Source of the DNA: Oopsacas minuta
Lineage: Eukaryota > Animalia > Porifera
Reading direction: 5' to 3'
Assembly (NCBI GenBank): GCA_024704765.1
Contig: JAKMXF010000177.1
Span: forward strand, 248,001-312,000
Length of the DNA: 64,000 bases
Translations under genes and position numbers: made by a program
The notes under the pieces: generated by a model
Database searches by the model: none
Told to the model about the DNA's origin: nothing
What the model saw: only the letters and a program-made list of their open reading frames with translations
In this document: piece by piece, positions 26,262 to 39,274 of the stretch
How positions within the stretch are numbered: position 1 is the first letter of the stretch
Layout: each line of letters begins with the position of its first letter

Positions 26262-27102
26262 TATTCATAAAAATGTGTAATCCCAGGTCTCTACTGTAAC
26301 TCTAGACCAAGCCAACTTTTGTATTATGTTTTTGATATTTCGTACAAACTACACGAACCGAACAAAAGTAGTTGCACAACACTAAATCTACAATTGTAAA
26401 TCCTGGAAATAAAGAAAATATTTGAATAAGCATCTATAACATACCTGAAAGAACAATTTTACTTTATTAGTTAACATCATCCTAAAATAAATCGATGATT
26501 ATCTATTTAGACATTTTCTAGTTACATTTCACTCATTAAATAGATAATGACTAACTAAATATTCAATCGCAGATTGCATTGAATTCAAATGAGATGTAAC
26601 AATTCTGAAAGCAAATTTGAATAATACGGCTGTGTAATCCCAAGGATGAATAATTTTAATTGTTGAGAGCAAATATAGTAGCCTATTAGCATATTAATAA
26701 TTGTGCCACAAGTGGCACATATCAAAAATGTGTGCACCAGTTCGTATTGAAAAATTGTGGCACCAGTTGGCATCATCTTCCACTATACAATTATTTGCGA
26801 GGCAGCTTAGAGAACATCAAATGATTTCCATAAAATATTCCATTCTGGTGCCAATATTCTAATGATGTGCCATTTCTGCCCAGTAGCGTACTGGGTTTGA
26901 ACAATGGAGGTGCCTTGCACCGTATGATCTAGGAGCCCTAGCTCAATATGAAATTGAGAAAAAAGTTATTTTAGATTGATGTTCGGGCATTTTCTACAAT
27001 CTTTAAGTAATGATACTGAATACGAAAATCAATAGTTATCCTTTAGCTGTATACTAAAATTACAAATAATAATTATTGATTTCGTATTCTGTATCATTAT
27101 TA

Positions 27103-28436
27103 CAGGGGCATTCAATATATACAAATCACTGTATATTTTTAATGAAATAGCAGTTCTAAGCTAGTATTTCTCAGTGCAATTATATAGAACCATATTTCAA
27201 CTTTCTAACAAAACTTAGAGATAGTTGATCACTTAATTATTTCCTAAGTTTCAGTTATTTTTAGAAACCTACATTTTCTCCTTTACATTTTTCATGGCTT
27301 CTTGTCCAAATTTTTCGGAACTTGAACAACGAACGTACATCAAATTTCGCACCATTCTCGAAATCCCTCCAAAGTCTATTCATGACGAGTTGGCAACGAT
27401 ATGTGGAGAAGATACTTTATCGTATTCAACTGTCAGAAGGTGGGTGAGCTTATTTAGGGAAGGTAGGACCTCTGTCCAAGACGCCCCTCGTCCTGGAGCA
27501 CCAAAACTGGCGACCAACAATGACAAATTGAGTGAAGTAAAGGAATATGTCGAGTCTTTTCCGCATTCTTCGGTTGAGGAGGTAGCTAACTATGTTGGCA
27601 TTTCAACGGGAAGTGCACACACAATTCTGAAGGCGGATTTAGAACTGAGGAAGGTCCAAGTGCGATGGGTACCACATTGCTTAACTTTTCCACAAAAGGC
27701 CGCGAGACTCCAAATGGCTAAGGAAAACCTTGAAATTTATGAAGGAAGTGACCCTAGGCGGTTATTAGAGATAGTAACAGGAGATGAAACATGGATACAA
27801 TTCAAACCACCGATCAGAAAGCAAGATGGCAGGGTATGGCTAAAGAAGGAAGAGGTACCCCCAGCTGTTTGTGTATCCGACTTTCGTGCCCCGAAGGTCT
27901 TGTACTGCATATTTTTCGATGTCCTAGGTCCTGTAGCCCAAATCCCTGTTCCCAAAGGTCAGACACTCACAGGACAATTTTACGCAGATGTGGTGTTGCC
28001 TGAGGTCGAAAACATTATCTTAAGCGTCGTGCAAAGACTGGAACTCGTGGTCTCAAAATTTTGCACGATAATGCTAGACCGCATAAATCTTTGGCTGTAA
28101 GGCAAAAAATTAAAGATATGGGTATGCACGAAGTTCCACATCCACCTTACTCCCCTGATATAGCCCCATGTGACTTCTGGCTGTTTAGAAACTCAAAGAT
28201 AACCTCTCTGGACGCGAATTTGAGGATCGGCTCAGCTTCGGTCGGGCAATTTACAGATACCTTGAAGTCATTCCCAAGGATGAGCACAGAAAGACATTTG
28301 AAAATTGGATTAAAAGGCTAAATTCAGTTGTAGCGTATAAAGGAGACTACTTTGAACATTCATAGCAAAAATTACCAACTTTACACAAGTATCTATAGTT
28401 TTAGATGGTATGATTAGTATTTATTGAATGCCCCTG
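27103..28436 (+). mobile_element. mariner-family transposon (1334 bp)
   Basis: TIRs CAGGGGCATTCAATATATACAAATCA / CAGGGGCATTCAATAAATACTAATCA (24/26) with TA flanks. Confidence 0.95.
27294..28365 (+). pseudogene. mariner DD34D transposase with two single-base frameshifts
   Basis: WVPHCL, VTGDETWI, HDNARPH and HPPYSPDIAPCDFWLF (34 residues between the last two D). Frameshifts at the A-runs 28009-28012 and 28189-28191; no in-frame stops otherwise. Confidence 0.92.
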
Positions 28437-28439
28437 TAA

Positions 28440-30400
28440 GTGGAATTAAATGAAATTACTGAGCTGTATAGGTCAGAAAATTCATAAAATTCCATTTAAT
28501 CAGACTCTCTAGTATTTGCAATAGCAGCCTTTGCCACCGCGAGTTCATTCATCAGCTTACACAAGTTGAGGTCTTAGTGTTTAATAAGAGGCAAGAGCTC
28601 AACTAAATCCAAGAAAGTATTAGCTTTTGGACAGCTAGCAGCAATACCAATGAGGATGCTTCTGGAAATTTGAACTAAAATTCAAGCTCACCAATAACGT
28701 TATTGATTATTGCAAGTAAACCAATTGATTGTTTGTATCTTCGTCATCTAGGATACTGTGATCTCCAGTGGTTTCAATCACAACGATATCTCTTAATCGA
28801 GATGATTGAGACTTCACACAATGGGATCGTCTTGATGTAGGAATATCCAAGGTGGTTGCAATTTCCCTAGCATGATGAACAATTTCCTGATACTCTACAT
28901 TGGATTGACAGTTCATTAATGTCCTCAAAGTAGCACTAAATAGATTCATGCCTGTGGAAAGATCAATTGAATTAGATTGTTAAACTTGAGATAAACCATT
29001 GGTCATGCAAAGTACTTTGAAAACAAACACAAATGGAAAATAAAATGCCAACAATAAATTTGTGTCAGTATACCCCGTGATTTGTGCTCTCTCGCTGTCA
29101 TCTCTTGAGCTCTCACGAATTACTTCTAGTGCTCTATTCACACACCTAATCCTTAACATAACAACAGAAAAACTGAAACGGACAGGCCAACTGTATGTCA
29201 CTTAACCCAGGAATCTCGAGGATTTTCTCACCATTTATGTTTTCTGTGAGAATATATTGGTCGTGACGTTTCCAAGAAAGAGAAAAAGAATGCAGTAGCT
29301 GTAATACATCAAAAAAGTAATCGCAGGACCAAATGTTCCTAGCAGCTGAAACTAATAAAAGATTCAAGCGGTGTGCTTGAGAATGAAAGAAAATGAAGGA
29401 TCTACAATGTTCTATATTCTTCTTTGAACATCAGTATGCTCACTGCTGATCACAGCAGCGCCATCATACCACTGTGCAACGCAATTGTGAATTTGAAGTC
29501 TATGATTATGCAAAGCATTTATATAAGTATAAATAGTATTTCCGCATCAACTTCATGAGTCATACAGCATTGTCCGAAAGTTGATCCCATCGGCTTTCAA
29601 GCAATTCATTATCAGATTTCGACAAGTCTAGAATTACTGGAAAATCCATCTATTTACTTAATTGAGGACCGTCACAATGACCACGAAGCAAAATTTGTTG
29701 TTTGCACAAAAATGACAACTTTAGCTAACTATTTTTCTATTTTCTTCCCATACTGTCCAAGATTTTCATGTGTGTTCATAATGTATACATGAATCCAATG
29801 ACTTTTTATGGCTTTCACATTAATTATGCTATGTTAACTTTCAACAGCTTTGAACCAGTTGGATAAACCTATAGTAAAGCTACCCTCTGCTCTTCCAACT
29901 GAGGATGGAGAGTGTCGGCAACAGTACACAGCATCTTTTTCCTCTGAGTATTCAATGAAAGGAAATGCGTCATACCATGTAGTCTGGAAAGAACGCATGT
30001 TTGCAAACATTGCTTTCTTAGGTACGTTTTATGGTTGAACTATTCCATTGTCCTTTGCTGCTGAAATATCCTGTTGTAAATGGAAAGAAGTATTGACGGT
30101 AGTAATGAAGGATAAGGCAGTGGCAAGTGTATTAGTGCAAGACGAATCCAAAGTTACAGATGTTGAAATATCAACTTACATATCCTCAAACAATATTTCA
30201 GTATTCATACCTAAAAGTTCATGATCGTTTTCATTGTCTTGTTCTAAGCTTCTTGCACTATTATTAGGATTAGTACTAATTTTCTCTGATCTTTGATTGA
30301 AAAAGGAAGAAATGTTACATTGAAGAGTTCTAGTGGTTAAAGTACCACTAGTAGTAAACAAGTAAGATGAGCATGTCATAATTCAATTATACTATCAGAA
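28440..30400 (-). pseudogene. Decayed hAT transposase with TTF-type zinc finger (ZMYM1/DUF4371-like type)
   Basis: RSFQTTWYDAFPFIEYSEEKDAVYC (TTF finger) near 29900-30000, plus fragments of the catalytic region and DIVVIETTG. Many stops. A CAGTAGCGTA hAT-like end lies at 26881, beyond the mariner insertion. Confidence 0.65.
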
Positions 30401-30891
30401 TTGTTCCAACTTATTTGAATTCTATGCAATCTGCAATTGAATAATGAATTAGAAAATTACCCATTTAATGTGAAAGTGGGCTATAAAATATCTGTAAGAA
30501 AAATATGCATTGATTTAGTCAGGACAATGTTAACTAACAAAGTAAAATATTTCTTTCAGGTAAATTATAGTATGCATATTCAAATATTCCCTATATTTCC
30601 AGGATTCAAAATTGTAGATTTAGTGGTGTGCAAGTATATTTGTTCGGTTAGTGTATGAATAAACTATTTCATATATTGACTTGGAAATGAAATTTGCAAT
30701 ATGTTTTACAAGGTATCAAAGAATGACATATTATACCAAATTAATGGTTGCTAGAAATATTTTAAAACTTTCTTGAAATATTTTAGCAAATTATGTTTGA
30801 TAATTTGCTGTTTTAGAAATAAGATAAATAGATAAATTCAGGCAAAAAGAGTTACCAAGTTTATTACTTGGACTGATCAGATATGCCTAGT

Positions 30892-33800
30892 CGTGACCTA
30901 CGTTATAATAAGGCCTGTTCACTAGTGCGATTTTTTGGACCATGGATGTCGTTTAAGTCCATTAGATTTTATTTCAAATAATCATGTATTTGATGTTATT
31001 CACCCAAATCGTGAACTTAAATATTGTTCTTAGGCGATTTTAAAGACCATGGATGTCGTTGAAGGCTTGTATTAGAAGTATTTCTTAGAAACCCATAATA
31101 TTTATATTAATTTATGAATCAACCTTTTTGTTACATTCAATTTATTGAAACAATACATTTACGTACTCACTACCCGTTGTACCTTGTCCTCTTGTACTTT
31201 TATCCAAGTTGTTTAGACAATTTAGCTTTTATCTCTGTAATGCCGCTCTCCACCCTGTTCTGTCAGTTATGTGCATTTCTTTAATCTACCTCTCGATTTC
31301 TCCTTTTTACACTTTCAATTAGCTTGTCATGCCCAACAGGTGTTCTGCCCCCGGATGTCGGAGTAATTACGCAGGAGAACCTTATACTCCAGTATTTAAG
31401 TTGCCAAATGGTCCACCTGATCTTGTCAATCGTTGGCATCGAGCGCTCTGTAGAGAAGGTATCAGAGACTTAAAGAATGTGTTTGTGTGTTCAAAACATT
31501 TCCTCGACGAAGAAATTCAGACCAGTTTTTCTATCCATCAACCAGATGGAACATACTTAGAAGTGCCAGCTAAGCCTAAATTGCAGAAGGATGCAGTGCC
31601 AAGGTTTCTACCTGGATGTCCACTTCATCTCTCTTCGTCATCTGACACCATACCTCCGAGATTTGATAGATCTTTGAGAGAACAGCATTTGATTGATACT
31701 GCAATAAATGAGAGTCTATTACAGTATAACCAAGACAAAGAACTTTTTCAGATTACCACACTGGAAAACTTGGTATCCAAAACGAAGCACTCGGGTTTGC
31801 CTAATCATTGGTTAGTTTGGTCTTCTGATGATAATTCCTTTAATTTACTCAAACCTTCTATAACGAATAACAATTTGATTGCAATTAGATGCTCGTTAAC
31901 TATTACCGAAACATTACATACTATGGGTTTCTACGAAGGTATACGCATTCCTCTTTCTCTCACTCAGATAAATGATATTCGTCAACTTAACGATTTGCTT
32001 AAAGAAATTGAAAACCATTCTGCCCCTACTAATTCTCCTGAAACATTCCAACACCATGTCAGAGAAGCAACCGGAAGCATTCGTAAAGCTATTGACTCCC
32101 TTTCAACTGGAGAAGAATCTGGAAACCAACAGCCTCTATTATCAAGTCTTCAGTTTATTCTATGCCAATTGGATAACGCTTTGATCGCGAAAACTATGAG
32201 GTGATACAACATCGAAACTCTTGTCTTGTCCCTCAAATGCCAGCTTATCTCGCCAGTTTGTTATAGATATCTTCAATCCCTGGACTGTCTATCATTGCCG
32301 CACCTTTCTACTCTAAAGCGCTTATATTCCAATTTTGGTTTGGATTCTGAGTTTACCAACTATCTCAAACAATCAGTCACTCAGTTTAACAAATGGGAAC
32401 GAAATGTAGTGATTCAGATGGATGAAATTCATGTAAAATCCACATTTACATACAAAGGAGGTAACATAATTGGATCTTCTTTGAATCCTACTGATCCTGC
32501 AAAAACCGTTTTTGCCTTCATGATATCAAGTTTGTCCAAACGATGGTCTAGTATTGTCCGTTTACTGCCCTGTTCCAGCTCATCTGCTGAGGTAGTCTTT
32601 CCTATCATCAAAGATGTTATTCGTGATGTTGAAGCATGTGGACTCTCTGTACACGTTTTATGTACTGATAATTACCCGATGAACGTTAACATTTTCAAGT
32701 TATTTTCTCCCAGCCGACTTCTAGAGCATATTGTTCCTCACCCTATGGACTCAAACCGGCCATTGTTTTTGCTTTTTGACTTCGTCCATATAATCAAATC
32801 GATACGTAATAACTGGCTAAACCAAATAGATCATAATAAAACATTCACTTATCCAGATTTTGAGAACTACAAGTTGCGAGCACTGCAGTTTTCGAAGAAA
32901 TTCGCAAATTATATAAAAGTGACCAACACTCTGTTGCTAAATTAGCTCCAAGATTAACCTCTAAAGCTTGTTGGCCTTCCACTTTAGAACGACAAAATGT
33001 TTCTTTAGCTTTAAGGATATTTGATGAATCTACAGCCGCTGCATTAAACGTTAGCTACCAATCGCGATACCACACTTCTACAAATTCACAGACTGCAGAC
33101 TTTATTACCATTATTTGTAATGTTTGGAAGATATTCAACATCAATACTCCGAACAAGGGTATCCTTCACAAAGATGAATTTTCAGTTCCACTTACTTACA
33201 ATGATACCAGATTAATGTTCCTTCAACGTGTAGTTGATTGAGCTGAATGTTGGCGAGTCATGCCTGACAAAAGAGGTAAATTAAGTCCTCAAACCTTTAC
33301 AAGTTTCCGTCACTCTTGTATTGCACTCCCGTGCATTGTAAACCATCTGACTGGAAATTGTGGCTATTCGTACGTCCTTTCTTCGTTCTTGCAAAATGAT
33401 CCACTTGAGCATCATTTGGCTTGTATAGGATGATGTCAGGAGCACAATACCACATTAGCTATTGCCAGGTCCTTGAAACAGAACGGAGAATAAAGTTGTC
33501 CAGCTACTCAAATTATTTTCGAAAAAGCCTGTAGAAGATAGCATATCACTTAAGAACTTCTTAGAATCGTGCTCATCCTCTTGTGACCAAGACTCCCATG
33601 CGTCTTTCAGCTTGGAGATGTATCTCTCGGCGATTCAGGGATATTCAGGGATAGAATTAAACAAGCAAATACTCCAATCACTCTCCTTTATAGCAGGCTA
33701 CTCAGTGCATGCCTATTACAAACATTCTACTAAATGTCAATCATGTCTCTTATTCCTCACTGAAAACAAAGAAATGGAAATTGAAGAACCTTCAGATTCT

Positions 33801-34514
33801 GAATATCGATTAATTCAGATAATCGACCGAGGCTCACTAAAATGGCCAAGTAGTGATGTCATAGACGCAATTATTACGCTATGGAAAGTATTCTCTTCTA
33901 TCGAGAGTCAACCAAGCATATTCAATAACTTTATAACCGGTCCTTCTAGAAGTATCCTGATACAGTTAACAACAAGTCTTATAGAAGATGAACAAGCTGA
34001 AGTATGGAGAGTGATGTGTGACGAATGTGGTACACTCATGTGGGATGTATTAGCTAAACTATTGACTGCTACTTCAAACTGTCTTATATCAAATAAGATT
34101 AAGAACATGAATTCCCAGCTACCCTTGAAACCGTGTGTCGAAAATACTCGAAAATTAAAGAAATTGAAGCCTAATTAACTTATCACATACCACTTTAATA
34201 TACGTATCTTTTATTATTTTGTACTATTATCAGGCACTCACTATTTGAAATATGCTTAGTATTAAACCCAATAATATTTTATCTCATGGATTCACATTTT
34301 AGTTAATTTTCTCTAACTATAACATTTATTGTAAAAATAAGGATTTAAATACATCCATGGTCTTCAAAATCGCTTAAGAACAATTTTTAAGTTCACGATT
34401 TGGGTGAATAACATCAAATACATGATTATTTGAAATAAAATTTAATGGACTTAAACGACATCCATGGTCCAAAAATCGCACTAGTGAACAGGCCTCATTA
34501 TAACGTAGGTCACG
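30892..34514 (+). mobile_element. P-superfamily (THAP) transposon with long TIRs, Galileo-like (3623 bp)
   Basis: TIRs 30892-31056 and 34351-34514 (about 165 bp; 5 substitutions and 1 indel by eye); 7-bp TSD GCCTAGT (30885-30891 and 34515-34521). Confidence 0.92.
31329..34178 (+). pseudogene. THAP-domain P-element-type transposase (intronless; 2 nonsense codons, 2 frameshifts)
   Basis: THAP domain MPNRCSAPGC...W...VCSKHF...L..DAVP; QMDEIHVK, CTDNY, FDFVHIIKSIRNNW, ERQNVSLALRIF, QNDPLEHH. TGA at 32202-32204 and near 33239; frameshifts near 32880-32940 and 33416. Confidence 0.92.
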
Positions 34515-34907
34515 GCCTAGTCAATTTTTTTGAACCCCTGCCATGGCCATAATTCGTAGGTCTTGGGCTTAGATATCTGCTAATCCAATCCAATCGAGAC
34601 AATTATAGATTGACGATTGGTATATTTCGTATCGATTGAATTGTCACCAATATTTATCAATTGGATATTTATCAACAGATTTTCATCTGTATTTTCAATA
34701 TTTTAGATGAGTTTTTCTTGAATTAGGGGCAGTTCAAACGTTATGTAACGCTACAAGGTAAGGAGGGATAGTATGCGAAATACGACAGGCTGACAGAGCC
34801 ATTCTTTCGTATTACAAACTACAAACAAAAGATAACCAAAGGTATATTGTGTTGGCAAAAAATTGACAAAAATTTAGATGAATTAAAACGAAGTAGATCT
34901 ATATATA

Positions 34908-36839
34908 TGAGTCTTTGGCTGGTCGCTTCCCGAGGAACTCGGCGCATTCGCCTTGAGGTATCCATTATTCTCCAAATTGACGACCCCTTTGAGTATTATA
35001 ATATATATAGAACAATGTAATTCACCAATATACGTATATGGCATATATACAGGGTGGCTCCAAAGTTCTGATACAAAATCACGACTAATTTACAACCACT
35101 ATCAGGAATTATTCTCAATGGTTTGCTCTTCCATGACATACCTTATACGCTTCCTTGCAAATATTATTTCAACTTGGTGTATTCTATTTCGAAAAAATTG
35201 TGATTGATCATAGAATCTGAGAGGTCAGCAATTATTGAGTTGTATGTAGCGGGGAAAAGTCCATCAGAAATTTTGAAACTGCTGAATATTGCAAAGGACG
35301 TAGGGCATTTATCTACAAGACGATAAATCGATATAAGGAAACTAGGGGCACCATAGACAAGCAGAGATCTTGTCGTCCAAGATCTGTAACGACCCAGGTC
35401 TCAAGAAAGGGGTGCGAGAACGGTTTCGGCGGAACTCACACCATCCGATGAGGAAAATGGCCTTGGGAGCTCAATATATCTCGCCGATCAATGCAAAAGG
35501 TTGTCAAAAGGGACCTAGGAATAAGCTCTTTTAAACGCAAAAAGGTACAATTCCTATCTGGGTCGGTGAAAGAAAAGAGAGTATCCCGGAGCAAGAGCCT
35601 ACTTGCTCTACAGGCTATTGGGGTTCTCGAAAATATCCTTTTCTCAGATGAGAAAATTTTCACCATTGAAGAGGCTACAAATAGCCAAACGACAGAGTCA
35701 TCTCGACCTCAGTTTCAGCGATCCCTGATAAGTTCGGATATATCAGTCGGATGAAGAAACCGCTGTCAGTTATGGTTTGGGCTGGGGTCTCTGCTGTTGG
35801 CCGGACACCACTGATTTCATTACCCAGAAGCGAAAATCAATGCCAAAACTTACCAAGAGCCTGTATTAGAGCCTATGGTAAAGGGTCTGAGCATCATGTT
35901 TTCTGGACAGCCATTTGTCTTCCAACAAGAAGGTGCCCTCGCCCATACGGCCAATACGACCCAAGATTGGCTGAAGCACAATATTCCCAATTTTATACAC
36001 AAGGATGAATGGCCACCATACAGTCCCGATTTAAATCCTATAGACTATTTTGTATGGTCTATCTTTGAAAACAAGGCTTGTTCTGTGTCACACAACACAG
36101 TTAGCTCTCTAACGATTTCCTTATGTCGAGAATGGGAGAAGATACCCCCAAGATACCCCAAGAAACTCTGCGTGCCGCAGTAGAAGGATTCCCGAACAGA
36201 CTCAGGGCTGTCATTTCCAAAAATGGAGGTTACATTGAATAAATGACTAGGCAATATCTTCCTAATAGTATGTATTAATTATATATAGAAAATCAATAAT
36301 GTAGGTGATGCTGAAAAAAAGATTATAGACAAAATGGTTTGCATCAGAACTTTGGAGCCACCCTGTATTATTCAATTATTTTAGATCAACACCCTTTGTT
36401 TCCGTTGAGACCAAGTATCTACGTAAATTTTGAGATTTTGGAAATTTGTCACTTTATATTCATAAAAACAACCATAAATTTCCATATGAGAAACTTAGAA
36501 ATGAGAAATTTTGCTTCAGCGTAATGCGTTACCCTGTGTAGCCGTTTAGAGCAAGCCTGTGTATATATTTTGAAATTTGGATAATTTGTCAATGTATATT
36601 CATAAAAACAACAATAGAAATTTGCAAATGAGAAACTTGAAAATGCAAAATTCTGGTTCAGCGTACTACATTTTCGATATTTTAGTGAAGTTTCATTGAA
36701 TTCTATTTACTTCCTTGACTAACACCATAAATACACAGTTATGTGACCATTTCAAAATTGCACATCGTAAATCATTCCTTGATAACGGACAAACAAACAG
36801 ACAAACAGACAAACAAGAATTGACATTTAATAATATAGA
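34908..36839 (-). mobile_element. Helitron-like element, copy 3 (contains a nested maT element)
   Basis: A|TCTATATTATTAAATGTCAATTCTTG 5' end at 36839; body homologous to copies 1 and 2; 3' hairpin CCGAG-TTC-CTCGG followed by CTCA|T. Confidence 0.6.
35050..36365 (+). mobile_element. maT (DD37D)-type Tc1/mariner element, transposase fragmented (1316 bp)
   Basis: TIR CAGGGTGGCTCCAAAGTTCTGAT(A/G)CAAA (27/28) with TA flanks; FSDEKIFT, SVMVWAG, FQQEGA and WPPYSPDLNPIDY in separate frames. Confidence 0.92.
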
Positions 36840-37800
36840 TATGTGTATGTATATAATATATCTGTATGTTTGTATGTCAAGAATTGATTGAAGAAACTGG
36901 AAGAGCCCCAGGGCTGATTTTTGTGAATCAGGGGCGCTACGTACCTCGAACTCACAGAATTTAACTATTCTGTGAATTCGAGAACGTATTGCTGAGTATA
37001 TTCAGTCACGTAGCGATAAATAACACTAAAATTTAGCTGTTTACTACTTAAGCCAACCTGGAGCACTAAGCTGCCGCGCAGCGACCTACAAGCGAAATCC
37101 GATAGTTTAGATGAATTTACGTGGTTTGTAAATTGAAATGGAATCATCAGATAAGATTAACATCCATGCGGGAAGTTAGCTAACAATCGAAAGAATACGA
37201 TAAAATGATCTATAAAAAGTGATGCAAAAATTGATCAAATTCTCGATAGCGAAAAGCGATTGGATTGGATTGTTATGGAAGTACCGACTGCTGAATTCTC
37301 GATATCGATTGCCCAATATTTGATTGAATAGATTGGATGGATTTGCATCACTGTATTTAAGATAATTTATGAGCAGAAATATTGCCTCACTTTGAGGACA
37401 GGTGTGAATTTAGCGCAGGATTCGACTGAGCACACAAAAATGAAGATTTTGAAATAATTGTAGAGCAAATAAAAGACAAAAGGAAGTTTATGAATTATAA
37501 AAATGTTTGTATCCTTTTCAAAGATTTATATTGTATCACATATTAACCATGTTTCTGAACATTGGAAGTTTCTTGTGAAAAATATGTAAAGAAAAGTTGA
37601 TATTTATCTTGGAGATATGATCTTTGGAAGTTTGATTAAATCAGCCTTAGTTGTTTTTTACGTATACAACGTATAATAGGTATTAAACGTATAATACGTT
37701 ATACGTGATCAATTTGAACGTATCTATACGTCTAGGTCAATCTTGAAATAGGAGACTTTTGCCATTGATAGGGATGGCACATCACCAAAATTAACATCTA

Positions 37801-37967
37801 TAGTAGACTCTCGTTAATACGAACAAGGTTAGTACAAACCTTTGGATTAGGTGAACAAAAAAATCAAAATATCAGGCCCCTACAATGTTGATTCAATAGA
37901 TGTCACTCCGGATAAGTAGAACAAATTTTCACCCTCAGTTTGTGTTCGTATTAACGAGGTTCTACTG
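37801..37967. mobile_element. Tigger/pogo-type MITE (167 bp)
   Basis: Ends TAGTAGACTCTCGTTAATACGAACA / CAGTAGAACCTCGTTAATACGAACA with TA flanks. Confidence 0.75.
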
Positions 37968-39274
37968 TATTATAAATAGGTCAACTATGTTGAGATTTGG
38001 CATCAAGATTTAGAGAGCTACTGTTATCGTGCAAAATATATATTGGAGAATTCTGTCTAATATAAATTACGTCACCAAAAATTGTAGGTTGAATGTTTAA
38101 TATATATTATAAAATACGTACTATACGCAATACGTTTTCATTAAAAGACGTATTAAACAAATATTATTTTTATAGATCGACCTCCAAGGTCCCTCAATTT
38201 TTTGATATTTCTTACATATTTTAACATGAATCCACGACGTTATCGTCTACTTTATTATTAATATGTAGTTATAGATTAATTTATTTCCCGTAAAGTGTAG
38301 ACTTCAGTAACTGGCCTAAAATATTTATGCAGAAATATCAATAATTGTTATTTGAATAGCCTATATTAGCTAAATCATATGTTTTGATAGATTAATTTTG
38401 AATGGGGATAATCGATAATCCATATAATAAGGAGTTAATTGCCCAAATGGATTAATGTGATAGTTTGAGACAATCTATGGGCCTCATAGCAATCCATTTG
38501 CGATGATATAAAGGAATTGAAGTAAGTAAGACGGGCAAAGACTGGGAGGACATTTTTAATTCTGTAGAGGGTTTTGAGGCGCATACTGCATTTTTTGGTA
38601 ATTTAGTCGATGTGTGATAGCCACGAAAGCTTATTATCAACTATTACATCAAAGAGTTTATGTTTGGATACATTCTCCAAGAAATTATAGCCAATGAGCA
38701 CCAGTAAGTTTCTATGTGACTGCTGTTTAAGATTCTTAGAGATAAGTATACACTTTGATTTAGTATAGTATAACTCGAACGAGTTATATTTGCTCCAGGA
38801 GGCTATCGGAGTTATATCTTGATTTAGTACATTGTTTATATATTCTACAGATGCACAGAAAGTGTATAGTACTGTAGTCAGCTCAAAAGTCAATTTTAGA
38901 AGAAATTGGAATGTTAAAAATATCGTTGATAGATAGTAGGAAAAGTAATGGGTCTAGGGTACTGCCTTGAGGAACTCCGGCAAGGACCACTCTTGACTTG
39001 GAAAGATGATTGTTGAAGCAAACACACATATTCCGATCACCGAGATAGCTAGTGAGGCCATTATAGCGCCTTGACTAAGATTGCACATACTTAGCTTCTT
39101 CAGTAAGGTGACATGCTTGACCCTTGCAAAAGCCTTACTGATCTCCAAAAATAAGGCACAGGTACCAAGCTTGATATTTAGGCTATTATGCTAGTTATGA
39201 GTGATTTTTAGGGGAGAGGTTTTACAGCCAGCCTGATTGGTTGACATGTAAAGTATTGGTAATTGAGATAATTA

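Noticed and set aside
32202-33241. TGA read as Trp or selenocysteine making the P transposase intact
   Set aside because: Trp is TGG elsewhere in the same ORF, the DNA is nuclear, and two frameshifts are also present; ordinary nonsense mutations are simpler.
26881-34560. Complete hAT element spanning the mariner, the ZMYM1-like ORF and the P element
   Set aside because: Only one plausible end (26881) was found; no matching second TIR or 8-bp TSD was seen.
34707-34757. Plus-strand exon with strong acceptor and donor
   Set aside because: All three frames contain stops and no partner exons were found.
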